NCBI GenBank assembly: GCA_051252135.1
Contig: JBPOGH010000002.1
Location: 160,001-224,000 of the forward strand
Direction of reading: 5' to 3'
Length of the DNA: 64,000 nt
From: Verrucomicrobiaceae bacterium
GTDB lineage: Bacteria; Verrucomicrobiota; Verrucomicrobiia; Verrucomicrobiales; Akkermansiaceae
Positions 47,168 to 56,424 of this stretch are shown one piece after another (position 1 is the first letter of the stretch; the number at the start of each line of letters is the position of its first letter). The position numbers and the translations under genes are program-made. The notes under the pieces are model-generated. The model was not told where the DNA came from, searched no databases, and worked only from the letters and a program-made list of their open reading frames with translations.

Positions 47168-48994
47168 ATGACCACACACCCCGCCCTCACCAAATGGATT
47201 GATAAAATGACCGCTCTTTGTGAGCCCAAAGCAGTCCATTGGTGTGATGGGTCGGATGCAGAGTGGAAGGAGATGACCGATCTACTTGTGGAAAGCGGGA
47301 CCTTCATCCGGCTCAATCCCGAGATTCGCCCCAATTCGTTTCTGGCCCGCTCTTCTCCCGGAGACGTGGCCCGTGTCGAGGATCGAACGTTTATTTGCAC
47401 CAAGCGTCCTGATGAAGCCGGCCCTACCAATAACTGGGCTGAATCGGCCGAGATGCTTGCGCTCATGCATGAAAAATTCACCGGGTGCATGAAGGGGCGC
47501 ACCATGTATGTGATTCCCTTTTGTATGGGGCCGATTGATTCTCCGCTCGCCAAGATCGGGGTGCAAGTCACCGATTCTCCTTACGTTGTCGCGAACATGA
47601 AGATCATGACGAACATGGGCGCTTCCGTCTTGAAGCGGCTTGAGGATGAAAAAAGCGGAGCGGCTCCGGCCAAGCGTCATGGGCACACCTTTTTCATCCC
47701 GTGTGCGCACTCCGCCGGGATGCCGCTGGAGCCCGGGCAGGAAGACATTCCGTGGCCGTGCAATGATGACAAGTACATCTGCCATTTCCCCGAATCGCGG
47801 GAAATCTGGTCATACGGTTCCGGATACGGCGGGAACGCCCTTCTCGGGAAAAAGTGTCTCGCGCTGCGTATCGCTTCCAATATTGCCCGTGAGCACAACT
47901 GGATGGCGGAGCACATGCTGATTCTCGGTCTGGAATCCCCCGATGGCGAAAAGACCTATGTCTCAGCCGCCTTTCCTTCCGCTTGTGGCAAGACGAATCT
48001 TGCCATGCTCGTTCCTCCCAAAAAATACGTCGAGGCCGGCTGGAAGACCACGATCATTGGTGACGACATTGCCTGGCTCTGGCCGCACGAAGACGGAACG
48101 CTCCATGCCATCAACCCGGAAGCGGGATACTTCGGTGTCGCCCCGGGCACTTCATACGACACGAATCCCATCGCGATGGACTCGATGAAGGAGAACTGCA
48201 TTTTTACGAATGTGGCCCTCACCGATGACGGCGATGTCTGGTGGGAAGGCAAGAGCAAGGAGGCCCCGGCTCATCTGATTGATTGGCAGGGCAATGACTG
48301 GACTCCTGAGAACGAGAAGCCGGCGGCGCATCCCAATGCCCGCTTCACTGCTCCCGCATCCCAGTGCCCGACGATTGATCCCGAATGGCAGAACCCGGAT
48401 GGAGTTTCAATTTCGGGAATTATTTTCGGCGGCCGCCGCCCCTCCACGATGCCTCTTATCTATCAGGCTTTCAACTGGTCCCACGGAGTCTACATCGGGG
48501 CAACGATGGGTTCGGAAGTCACGGCTGCGGCCATTGGGCTAAAGGCGGGAGTTCGCCGCGATCCCTTTGCGATGCTGCCTTTCACCGGATACAATATGGG
48601 CGATTACTTCAGCCACTGGTTAAACATTAGAAACCAGATCAAGCACCTTCCCCGTATCTTCCATGTGAACTGGTTCCGGACCGATGAGGACGGAAAGTTT
48701 CTCTGGCCTGGCTTCGGTGATAACATGAGGGTTTTGGAATGGGTCGTGAACCGTTGCAAGGGGAGCGCAGCAGGCCATGAGACTCCCATCGGCTGGATTC
48801 CGCACTTTAAGGATTTTGATACCACGGAGCTGGGTGGATTTACCGAGCAGGATTTTGACAAGGTGATGGCCTACCATCCGGAGGAATGGAAAAACGAACT
48901 CCTTTCCCAGGGGGAGCTTTTCCTGAAGCTCTACGACCATCTTCCCAAGGAGCTCGTCTTCCAGCGCGAACTCCTCGCGGCCCGGCTTTCGTAG
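47168..48994 (+). CDS. pckG: Phosphoenolpyruvate carboxykinase (GTP)
   Basis: [57 protein letters not shown]. Confidence 0.97.
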   Translation: MTTHPALTKWIDKMTALCEPKAVHWCDGSDAEWKEMTDLLVESGTFIRLNPEIRPNSFLARSSPGDVARVEDRTFICTKRPDEAGPTNNWAESAEMLALMHEKFTGCMKGRTMYVIPFCMGPIDSPLAKIGVQVTDSPYVVANMKIMTNMGASVLKRLEDEKSGAAPAKRHGHTFFIPCAHSAGMPLEPGQEDIPWPCNDDKYICHFPESREIWSYGSGYGGNALLGKKCLALRIASNIAREHNWMAEHMLILGLESPDGEKTYVSAAFPSACGKTNLAMLVPPKKYVEAGWKTTIIGDDIAWLWPHEDGTLHAINPEAGYFGVAPGTSYDTNPIAMDSMKENCIFTNVALTDDGDVWWEGKSKEAPAHLIDWQGNDWTPENEKPAAHPNARFTAPASQCPTIDPEWQNPDGVSISGIIFGGRRPSTMPLIYQAFNWSHGVYIGATMGSEVTAAAIGLKAGVRRDPFAMLPFTGYNMGDYFSHWLNIRNQIKHLPRIFHVNWFRTDEDGKFLWPGFGDNMRVLEWVVNRCKGSAAGHETPIGWIPHFKDFDTTELGGFTEQDFDKVMAYHPEEWKNELLSQGELFLKLYDHLPKELVFQRELLAARLS

Positions 48995-49006
48995 TCTGTA
49001 ACGGGC

Positions 49007-49756
49007 ATGAACCTCTCGCACGAGCATCCCCTGATCCATTCGGCCACCGGGAGTCTGCCGATCATTCTCATTGCGTCTCACGGAGGGACCCGGGAAGTTT
49101 CCGGGGTTCCACTTCGAAAAGGAGAAGGCATTCGACTTTTTAATCCTCGCGGGGATGCGTGGACCTTTTCGCTGACTCAAAAGCTGGCCTGTGAAATTGA
49201 GAAACGGGCGGGGCATCGTCCCTATGTTGTGGCTGCGAGATTTCATCGGAAGTACATTGATGCCAACCGTCCTCCGGAATTGGCCTATGAAGTGGATGGT
49301 GCGAAGCCCGTCTATGGGGCGTTTCATGACGAGCTGAACCGAGTTGGGAAGGAAGTGAGCAAGCGATGGGGGAGCGGGGTCATTCTCGACATCCACGGTC
49401 AGGGTGCGGAAGCGGATGTCATTTTTCGCGGGACGAGGGACGGGGGAACCACAAGCCATCTCGTTGGGAAATATGGAGAGGAGGCATTGACCGGAGAGAC
49501 CAGTTTGTTTGGCGAACTTGCGAAGCAGGGTTTTGTTGTCGATCCGGCTGTCGGGAGCTCCAATCGGGAAAATTTTGACTACAACGGCGGGTATATTGTG
49601 ACCAGCTACGGGAAGGGAACACTGGATGCCATTCAGTTGGAGTTGGGCGTCAATTTGCGACAACTTAAGAATCAGGATGTCACTGCGCAAAAGTTGGCCT
49701 CTGCCATTCAGAACTTCGCGGTTGGATATTTGCCGGCGGTGGAGATTCAGGACTGA
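49007..49756 (+). CDS. N-formylglutamate amidohydrolase-like zinc hydrolase
   Basis: SHGG, HRKYIDANR, LDIHGQ, YNGGYIV, DAIQLE. Confidence 0.75.
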   Translation: MNLSHEHPLIHSATGSLPIILIASHGGTREVSGVPLRKGEGIRLFNPRGDAWTFSLTQKLACEIEKRAGHRPYVVAARFHRKYIDANRPPELAYEVDGAKPVYGAFHDELNRVGKEVSKRWGSGVILDIHGQGAEADVIFRGTRDGGTTSHLVGKYGEEALTGETSLFGELAKQGFVVDPAVGSSNRENFDYNGGYIVTSYGKGTLDAIQLELGVNLRQLKNQDVTAQKLASAIQNFAVGYLPAVEIQD

Positions 49757-49826
49757 TTTCCTCGCGACTTGAGGCATCAGAAATCATTTCGAGAGAAACC
49801 GCCAAAAGTCGGCGTAAAGGAATCAC

Positions 49827-51422
49827 ATGAAAGCTTTCTTGTGTCTTATTTTTGGGGTTTCTGCGGTTTTTGGGGAGGAGGTGAAACCGCAATCTCCGCC
49901 GAATATTGTGTTCATTCTCGCCGATGATTTAGGGATCATGGACATCGCGGCGTATGCCACGCATTTCACCGGGAAGGACAAGAAGGACCTTTTTTACGAA
50001 ACACCAAACCTCGATGCACTTGTCGGGCGGGGGATTTCCTTTTCCCAGGCTTATGCGAATCAGCTGTGCTCGCCCACCCGTGCTGCGATTATGACCGGCC
50101 GTATTGCATCCCGCCTGGGGGTGACAACCGCTACGCCGAATCGTGCGACCTATTTTAATCAGGCGTTGCCGGTGCCGGAGGGGAAATCTCCCCATGATGT
50201 TCTTGAGCACAAGGATCCCATCAAAGAACCCCAAGCCTGGATCAACGGTTCCACAAACACCGCTCTCGATCCGGCCTTGCCGACCTTGCCCAAAGTTCTC
50301 GCCACGCACGACAGCGCGTTTTTGGGAAAATGGCATCTCGGGGGGCATGGTGCCTTAAATCGGCAGCCGGCGGCCCATGGATTTGAGGAACTCGATTACG
50401 CTGATGTGGGTGGATCGAACTATTTCAAGTGGGCTCCGGGATGGAATCGGCCCCAACCCTTCTTTGGGACCCAGCCAAAAGGCACCTTCCGGATTGGAAA
50501 GGCCAGCCTCCCTGAGCAGGCGGAGTATCTTACCGATGATCTGACGGCCCGCGCGGTTCAATATTTGAAGACGCGGGCCAAGAATCCCGGTAAACCGTTC
50601 TTCCTCTACTTCAATCAATTCGCCGTGCACACCCCGATCCAGGCACCGGACTCCACGATCGCACAATTTTCCGATAAAGCTCAAAAGGGAACCGGAGGCC
50701 ATGACAACGCGATTTATGCAGCGATGCTGAAGCATCTGGATGATTCGGTGGGTGCCATCATGAGGACCCTGGAGGAGACCGGCCTTTCCGAAAACACGCT
50801 GCTGGTATTCACCTCGGACAACGGAGGGGTGGAATACACCAATCCGGCGGCGACAGACAACGCACCCTTCAAAGGAGGGAAGGCCTGTTTGTATGAAGGT
50901 GGGGTTCGCGTTCCCCTTGTGTACTATCAGCCGGGTAAGTTTGAAGGCGGGGTGTGGTGTGATACGCCGGTTGATTGTACGGACTTTCTGCCGACCCTCG
51001 CGGCGCTCACCGGGAATGAGATTCCTGAGTCCATTGATGGGAAAAGCACGGTCCCTTTGCTTCTCAATCCCGCTGCAAAACAATCCGGGCGCACGCTTAT
51101 CTGGCATTATCCTTTCAATGTGATTGTGCGTCATCCTGACAACGGCCTTCCCTTGACGCCTCACTCTGCGATCCGGGTCGGCGATCACAAGTTGATCTGG
51201 GACTGGCATGGCAAGCTGGAGCTTTATGATATTCCGGCCGATCCGTATGAGCGAAATGACCTTTCGAAGATCAGGCCAGAACTGACCGACAATCTCTTTA
51301 TGGAGCTAAAAGGATGGCTTCAGGAAAATGTCGCCGAGCACTATTTTCCAACTCCCAATCCGGATTACGATGCCGAGGCGGATACCCGGAAGTATCCTTA
51401 CCGTAATTTGTTTGGGGAATAG
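49827..51422 (+). CDS. Sulfatase (S1 family)
   Basis: PNIVFILADDLG, CSPTRAAIMTG, GKWHLG, FTSDNGG, LYEGGVRVP. Confidence 0.92.
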   Translation: MKAFLCLIFGVSAVFGEEVKPQSPPNIVFILADDLGIMDIAAYATHFTGKDKKDLFYETPNLDALVGRGISFSQAYANQLCSPTRAAIMTGRIASRLGVTTATPNRATYFNQALPVPEGKSPHDVLEHKDPIKEPQAWINGSTNTALDPALPTLPKVLATHDSAFLGKWHLGGHGALNRQPAAHGFEELDYADVGGSNYFKWAPGWNRPQPFFGTQPKGTFRIGKASLPEQAEYLTDDLTARAVQYLKTRAKNPGKPFFLYFNQFAVHTPIQAPDSTIAQFSDKAQKGTGGHDNAIYAAMLKHLDDSVGAIMRTLEETGLSENTLLVFTSDNGGVEYTNPAATDNAPFKGGKACLYEGGVRVPLVYYQPGKFEGGVWCDTPVDCTDFLPTLAALTGNEIPESIDGKSTVPLLLNPAAKQSGRTLIWHYPFNVIVRHPDNGLPLTPHSAIRVGDHKLIWDWHGKLELYDIPADPYERNDLSKIRPELTDNLFMELKGWLQENVAEHYFPTPNPDYDAEADTRKYPYRNLFGE

Positions 51423-51484
51423 GGCTGGTGCCCGGGGGATTTGTTTGTCATCGCTAAACAAGAACGGGTTGCCTACACCGATCC

Positions 51485-51673
51485 ATGAAGTTGGCTGAAG
51501 GACAGATATGGAAGCTCGAAGAGCGCTGCGTGTTGATCGTGGCCTGGGAGCGTCTTGCGATTGAGTATCAGGAACTGGAGACTCCGGAGGCGACGGAAGG
51601 CGAGATTCATCGCGTGACCAAGAAGGAGTTTTGCCGGCTCGTAAAACATGCCGAATTGGTTGGGCAGCGATGA
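51485..51673 (+). CDS. Small hypothetical protein
   Basis: 62-aa ATG-started ORF filling the intergenic gap with normal protein composition. Confidence 0.55.
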   Translation: MKLAEGQIWKLEERCVLIVAWERLAIEYQELETPEATEGEIHRVTKKEFCRLVKHAELVGQR

Positions 51674-51776
51674 GTTGCCAGAGATTCCCTGCGGTGTTCA
51701 TTCGCCGGGAAAGGACTGCTGATTTCGATGCTCGCAGAGTAGATCGCTTTGGGTGATTCTGGGGGCCTATCGATTG

Positions 51777-52862
51777 GTGAAAACACATCCTGAAATTCTG
51801 ATTGTGGGTGCCGGCCCGACCGGTCTGTCGGCGGCGGTGGAGCTTGCGAGGCATGGGGTGATTCCGGATATCGTGGAGCGGCGGGTGACGCCATCGACGC
51901 TCTCACGGGCGGTGGGGATTCTGCCTGAGACATTGGCGAAGCTCGACCATGGGGGAATCGCGGGGGCGATTCGGGGGGAGGCGATGAACTTCAGAAAGAT
52001 TCGAATTTTTCGGGGTGAGAGGCTCCTTTTGGAGTTGGATTTCTCTGCTCCCGAGTATGACGGGAAGGTCATTTGCGGATTGCCCCAGAATCGGACCGAG
52101 GAGATCCTCAGAGAGGGTTTGGAGCGCTATGGTGGGACGGTGGAGTTTGGGAAAGAGATCGTCTTCATCGCGCAACACGGGGAGCGGGTGGGGGTGAGGT
52201 TTTCGGATGGAGAAGAGCGAACCTACGATTGGGTCATCGCGGCCGATGGGGTGGGGTCGACGATCCGGAAGGGTTTGGGAATTGGCTTTCCGGGAATCGA
52301 TCTGGAAGGAGAGTGGTCGATCGCGGATGTTGACGTGGAGGATTATGATCCATCGTGTTTTACGGCCTGGATTCAGTCGAAGGCGGGGGAGTTTGTCCTC
52401 GTGCTTCCGATTGAGCGGAATCGGGTGCGAATCGCCTCCTCGACATCGGATGCCATCGCCGCAATCCCCGCGCCACTGAAGATTACGAAGGTACGAAGGG
52501 AGGGGAGGTTCAAGATCGCGGTGCGGCAGGCCGAAAGCTATCGGAAGGGTCGAGTTCTTTTGGCCGGTGATGCGGCGCATTGTCATTCGCCTGTTGGTGG
52601 GCGTGGGATGAATCTGGGGATCGATGATGCGATGGCGGCGGCCAACGCGATTTTGGATGGCACCACTGATCGTTATTCGGAAGAACGCCGCGCCATCGGG
52701 CGGCATGTTCTCAGGACTTCCGAACAGGGTCGGCGGCTTTTCTGCACCAGCAACCCCCTGATTACGGCCGGAACCACAATATTCATGAGGTTGGCCCAAC
52801 GAATTCCGGGCTTACACGGCTCCATTTTGAAGAGGCTGACCTCCCTCCGTGGCCCCAAATAA
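51777..52862 (+). CDS. FAD-dependent monooxygenase (UbiH/TetX-like family)
   Basis: IVGAGPTGL, ADG..S, GRVLLAGDAAHCHSPVGGRGMNLGIDDA. Confidence 0.9.
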   Translation: MKTHPEILIVGAGPTGLSAAVELARHGVIPDIVERRVTPSTLSRAVGILPETLAKLDHGGIAGAIRGEAMNFRKIRIFRGERLLLELDFSAPEYDGKVICGLPQNRTEEILREGLERYGGTVEFGKEIVFIAQHGERVGVRFSDGEERTYDWVIAADGVGSTIRKGLGIGFPGIDLEGEWSIADVDVEDYDPSCFTAWIQSKAGEFVLVLPIERNRVRIASSTSDAIAAIPAPLKITKVRREGRFKIAVRQAESYRKGRVLLAGDAAHCHSPVGGRGMNLGIDDAMAAANAILDGTTDRYSEERRAIGRHVLRTSEQGRRLFCTSNPLITAGTTIFMRLAQRIPGLHGSILKRLTSLRGPK

Positions 52863-52928
52863 ATATCCCTTCCGCTGCGAAATGTTTTTGACAATTGACT
52901 CAAAATACTGATTTTGCGCCCCTCACGA

Positions 52929-54152
52929 ATGTCTAAGAAGTGCACGGTTATTATTGGAGCCGGCGGCGTAGGAAACGTCGTTGCCCAAAAGTGTGCCCAG
53001 GATGCCGGGACCTTCGGTGAGCTCTGGCTTGCCAGTCGGACCAAGTCCAAGTGCGATGCCATTGCGGCGGATATTCTTGCTGCGACGGGTGTCGTGGTGA
53101 AGACGGCGCAGGTCGATGCCGACAATGTTGCGGAAACGGCAGCCTTTTTGAAAGAGGTGGGAGCGGACTTTCTGCTCAACATCGCGCTGCCCTACCAGGA
53201 CCTGACCTTGATGGACGCCTGTCTTGAGGCCGGAGTCCATTATCTTGATACCGCGAATTACGAGCCACTCGATAATCCGCACTTCGAATACAAGTGGCAG
53301 TGGGCGTATCAGGATCGTTTCAAGGAAGCCGGACTGACGGCGATTTTGGGATCGGGGTTCGATCCGGGGGTGACCAATGTTTACTGCGCCTACGCGCTGA
53401 AGCACTTTTTCAGCGAGATCAAGACCGTGGATATCATCGATGCGAACGCGGGTGATCACGGGCTTCCGTTTGCGACCAATTTCAATCCCGAGATTAATAT
53501 CCGGGAGATCACCGCCCCTGGTCTTTACTGGGAAAACGGTGAGTGGATCAAAACCGAGCCGCTTGAGATTTCGACCGAGTTCGCCTTTCCCCACGAGGAG
53601 ATTGGCACCCGCAAGATTTACCTTCTCCACCATGAGGAGATGGAGAGCCTTGCCAAGAACCTCCCCGGGCTGGAGCGCATTCGTTTTTGGATGACGTTTT
53701 CTGACAACTACATCAAGCACCTCACCGTGCTGGAGAACATCGGCATGACTTCCATCGAGCCGATTGAGTTTGAAGGGCAGCAAATCCAGCCTCTCAAGTT
53801 CCTTCAGGCCGTTCTTCCCGATCCGGCTTCATTGGGGCCGCTGACCAAGGGCAAGACGTGCATCGGCTGCCTGATTACGGGCAAGTCGAAGGAGACCGGT
53901 GAACTTGAATCCAAGTTCATTTATAATATTTGCGATCACGAGGAATCTTACGCGGAAGTGAAGAGCCAAGCGATCAGCTACACCGCTGGAGTCCCCGCCA
54001 TGATCGGGGCCCGACAACTCGCCTCCGGAGCATGGCTGCGTCCCGGAGTGTGGAATTTGGAGCAGCTGGATCCTGATCCCTTCATGGACGACCTAAATGC
54101 GTGGGGGCTTCCCTGGCATGTCCTTGAAGTTGATCAAGAATTGAGTCTGTAG
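52929..54152 (+). CDS. Carboxy(nor)spermidine dehydrogenase (saccharopine dehydrogenase family)
   Basis: IIGAGGVG, ALPYQDL, YLDTANYEP, GFDPGVTN, FATNFNPEINIRE; adjacent to nspC. Confidence 0.9.
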   Translation: MSKKCTVIIGAGGVGNVVAQKCAQDAGTFGELWLASRTKSKCDAIAADILAATGVVVKTAQVDADNVAETAAFLKEVGADFLLNIALPYQDLTLMDACLEAGVHYLDTANYEPLDNPHFEYKWQWAYQDRFKEAGLTAILGSGFDPGVTNVYCAYALKHFFSEIKTVDIIDANAGDHGLPFATNFNPEINIREITAPGLYWENGEWIKTEPLEISTEFAFPHEEIGTRKIYLLHHEEMESLAKNLPGLERIRFWMTFSDNYIKHLTVLENIGMTSIEPIEFEGQQIQPLKFLQAVLPDPASLGPLTKGKTCIGCLITGKSKETGELESKFIYNICDHEESYAEVKSQAISYTAGVPAMIGARQLASGAWLRPGVWNLEQLDPDPFMDDLNAWGLPWHVLEVDQELSL

Positions 54153-54312
54153 GCGCAGCGCCTGTCTTCGGACAGCCTGTGCCCCTTTTCGAAACAACAA
54201 GACACGGCAGCCCCGTGCTCGCGTCGTGCAACTCTGGCCGCATGGCCATTTTCCACTGCAGAGGTCGACTCTGCTTCTTGTTTCCAAAACAGACCCAACT
54301 TTAAGATCCCAA

Positions 54313-55545
54313 ATGAATCCATCTACCGGCGCCCAGCGCCCCCTTGTCGTGAAAGCTCCCATCCCATCATACCGCAAAGGCGTTACCGCCATTCCGCAAA
54401 TCGCCGAGGCATTTCTTGAAAGCGGAATTGCCACGCCATCCTATGTGCTCGATCAACGTGCCTTCCATTACAACGGAAGCATTCTCAAGCATGTTCAGGA
54501 CGAGACAGGTGCCCAGATCCTTCTTGCCCAGAAGGCCTTCTCCTGCACCGCAATCTACCCGATTCTGCGCAACTACCTCGCCGGAACGACTGCCAGCGGG
54601 CTTTATGAAGCACGGCTTGCGGCAGAGGAATTTGGAGGCGACGTGCACGTGTTTTCTCCTGCCTACAAGCCCGATGAAATGACGGAGTTGGTGAAGATTG
54701 CCGACCACATCGTTTTTAACTCCATCTCCCAGTGGAAGCGCTATCGGGAGCAGGTTCTCTGTGCTGATCGTCAGATCTCGGCCGGACTCCGCATCAATCC
54801 GGAATACTCCGAGGCGTGTGCGGAAATCTATGACCCCTGTGCGCCCGGTTCGCGCTTCGGTGTCTTGGCTTCACTCATGACCGAGGATGATCTGGACGGG
54901 ATCGAGGGCCTTCACTTTCACACTCTTTGTGAGCAAGGGTCGGACGCACTTGAGCGCACGCTTGAGCATGTCGTGGCAAAGTTCGACAAATACCTTCAAA
55001 AGATGAAGTGGCTCAACATGGGTGGCGGCCACCTTATTACTTCGGATCACTACGACGTCCCCCGTCTCATCCGCGTCATCAAGGAGTTGCAGGCCCGCTA
55101 TCCGCACCTCCAGATTTTCCTCGAGCCGGGTGAGGCGATCTCCTCGGGTGGAGGCGTCTTGATCGGGAGTGTCATCGATATTGTTGAAAACGGAATGCAG
55201 ATCGCGGTGCTTGATGTCTCCGCGACCACGCACATGCCTGACGTGCTGGAGATGCCTTACCGCCCTGATGTGGAAGGTTCCGGTCAGCCGGGTGAGAAGA
55301 AGCACACGTATCGCTTTGGAGGCCCGACCTGCCTCAGCGGCGATGTCATTGGTGACTACTCCTTTGATGAGCCTCTTGAGATTGGCGACCAGATTGTCTT
55401 CCACGATATGGCGCACTACACGATGGTGAAGAATTCGACCTTCAACGGAGTGCCTCTTCCGTCCATCTCGATTATGCGTGACGGGGGACCAGTTGAGTTG
55501 GTGCGCAAGTTCGGCTACAAGAACTTCAAGTGCCGTCTAGGCTAA
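54313..55545 (+). CDS. nspC: Carboxy(nor)spermidine decarboxylase
   Basis: LAQKAF, ASGLYEARL, YDPCAPGSRFG, GLHFHTLCEQ, HMPDVLEMPY, HYTMVK..FNG; start uncertain. Confidence 0.92.
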   Translation: MNPSTGAQRPLVVKAPIPSYRKGVTAIPQIAEAFLESGIATPSYVLDQRAFHYNGSILKHVQDETGAQILLAQKAFSCTAIYPILRNYLAGTTASGLYEARLAAEEFGGDVHVFSPAYKPDEMTELVKIADHIVFNSISQWKRYREQVLCADRQISAGLRINPEYSEACAEIYDPCAPGSRFGVLASLMTEDDLDGIEGLHFHTLCEQGSDALERTLEHVVAKFDKYLQKMKWLNMGGGHLITSDHYDVPRLIRVIKELQARYPHLQIFLEPGEAISSGGGVLIGSVIDIVENGMQIAVLDVSATTHMPDVLEMPYRPDVEGSGQPGEKKHTYRFGGPTCLSGDVIGDYSFDEPLEIGDQIVFHDMAHYTMVKNSTFNGVPLPSISIMRDGGPVELVRKFGYKNFKCRLG

Positions 55546-55548
55546 TTG

Positions 55549-56418
55549 ATGATGAACCTTCTCCCTTCAAACTCCGCGCCCTTTATTGGGGCAACTTCCG
55601 ATCAGATTGTTTCCGGTCAGGCTGCCATATTGGGCTGCGGATATGATGGGACGACTTCCTTCCGCCCCGGCACGCGCCGGGGGCCGGACGGTCTTCGGGC
55701 GGTGAGCGATGCGGGGATTGAGACTTATTCGCCGACGCAGGACCGGGATTTGGAAGACATCCGGTTTTCCGATCTCGGGAATCTGGATATTCCTTATGGT
55801 GCGCCGGAGCCGGTGGTGGAGTTGCTGTATCAGGCGACGCGGGAGATTTTTGAAGGGGGGGCGATTCCGGCGATCATCGGCGGGGAGCATTCGATTTCTC
55901 CGGGCCCGATCAGGGCGGCTTTTGAGGCTTATCCGGATTTGGTGGTGATTCAGTTTGATGCCCACGCCGATCTCCGTGAGGAGTGGAACGGGACATCGAA
56001 CTCGCATGCGTGTGCAATGCGGCGGGTGCTCGATTTTTTGCCATCTGAGCGGCTTTTGCAGCTGGGCATTCGATCAGGGACTCGGGAGGAGTTTGTGGAG
56101 ATGAGGAAGGAGAGCCGTCTGGTGGCTCCGGATGCGGATGCGCTGGCGGCGGCTTTGGAAACGAAGGGTCTGTCGGGAGCGCCGATTTATGTGACCTTCG
56201 ATCTCGATATTTTTGATCCCTCGTTGGTATGTGGGACAGGGACTCCGGAGCCGGGTGGGATCAGCTGGCAGACCTTTGAGGAGATTCGGGAGGTTCTCGA
56301 GGGGGAAACGATCATCGGCTTCGACATCGTCGAGCTCGCGCCGACCCTGGATCCGGGAGAGACCTCTTCGGTGGTGGCGGCCAAGCTGATGAGGGAGTTC
56401 CTCCTCATGCTTGGCTGA
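55549..56418 (+). CDS. speB: Agmatinase
   Basis: TSFRPGTRRGP, GGEHS, FDAHADLR, DLDIFDPS..GTGTPEPGG. Confidence 0.9.
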   Translation: MMNLLPSNSAPFIGATSDQIVSGQAAILGCGYDGTTSFRPGTRRGPDGLRAVSDAGIETYSPTQDRDLEDIRFSDLGNLDIPYGAPEPVVELLYQATREIFEGGAIPAIIGGEHSISPGPIRAAFEAYPDLVVIQFDAHADLREEWNGTSNSHACAMRRVLDFLPSERLLQLGIRSGTREEFVEMRKESRLVAPDADALAAALETKGLSGAPIYVTFDLDIFDPSLVCGTGTPEPGGISWQTFEEIREVLEGETIIGFDIVELAPTLDPGETSSVVAAKLMREFLLMLG

Positions 56419-56424
56419 TCCTTT

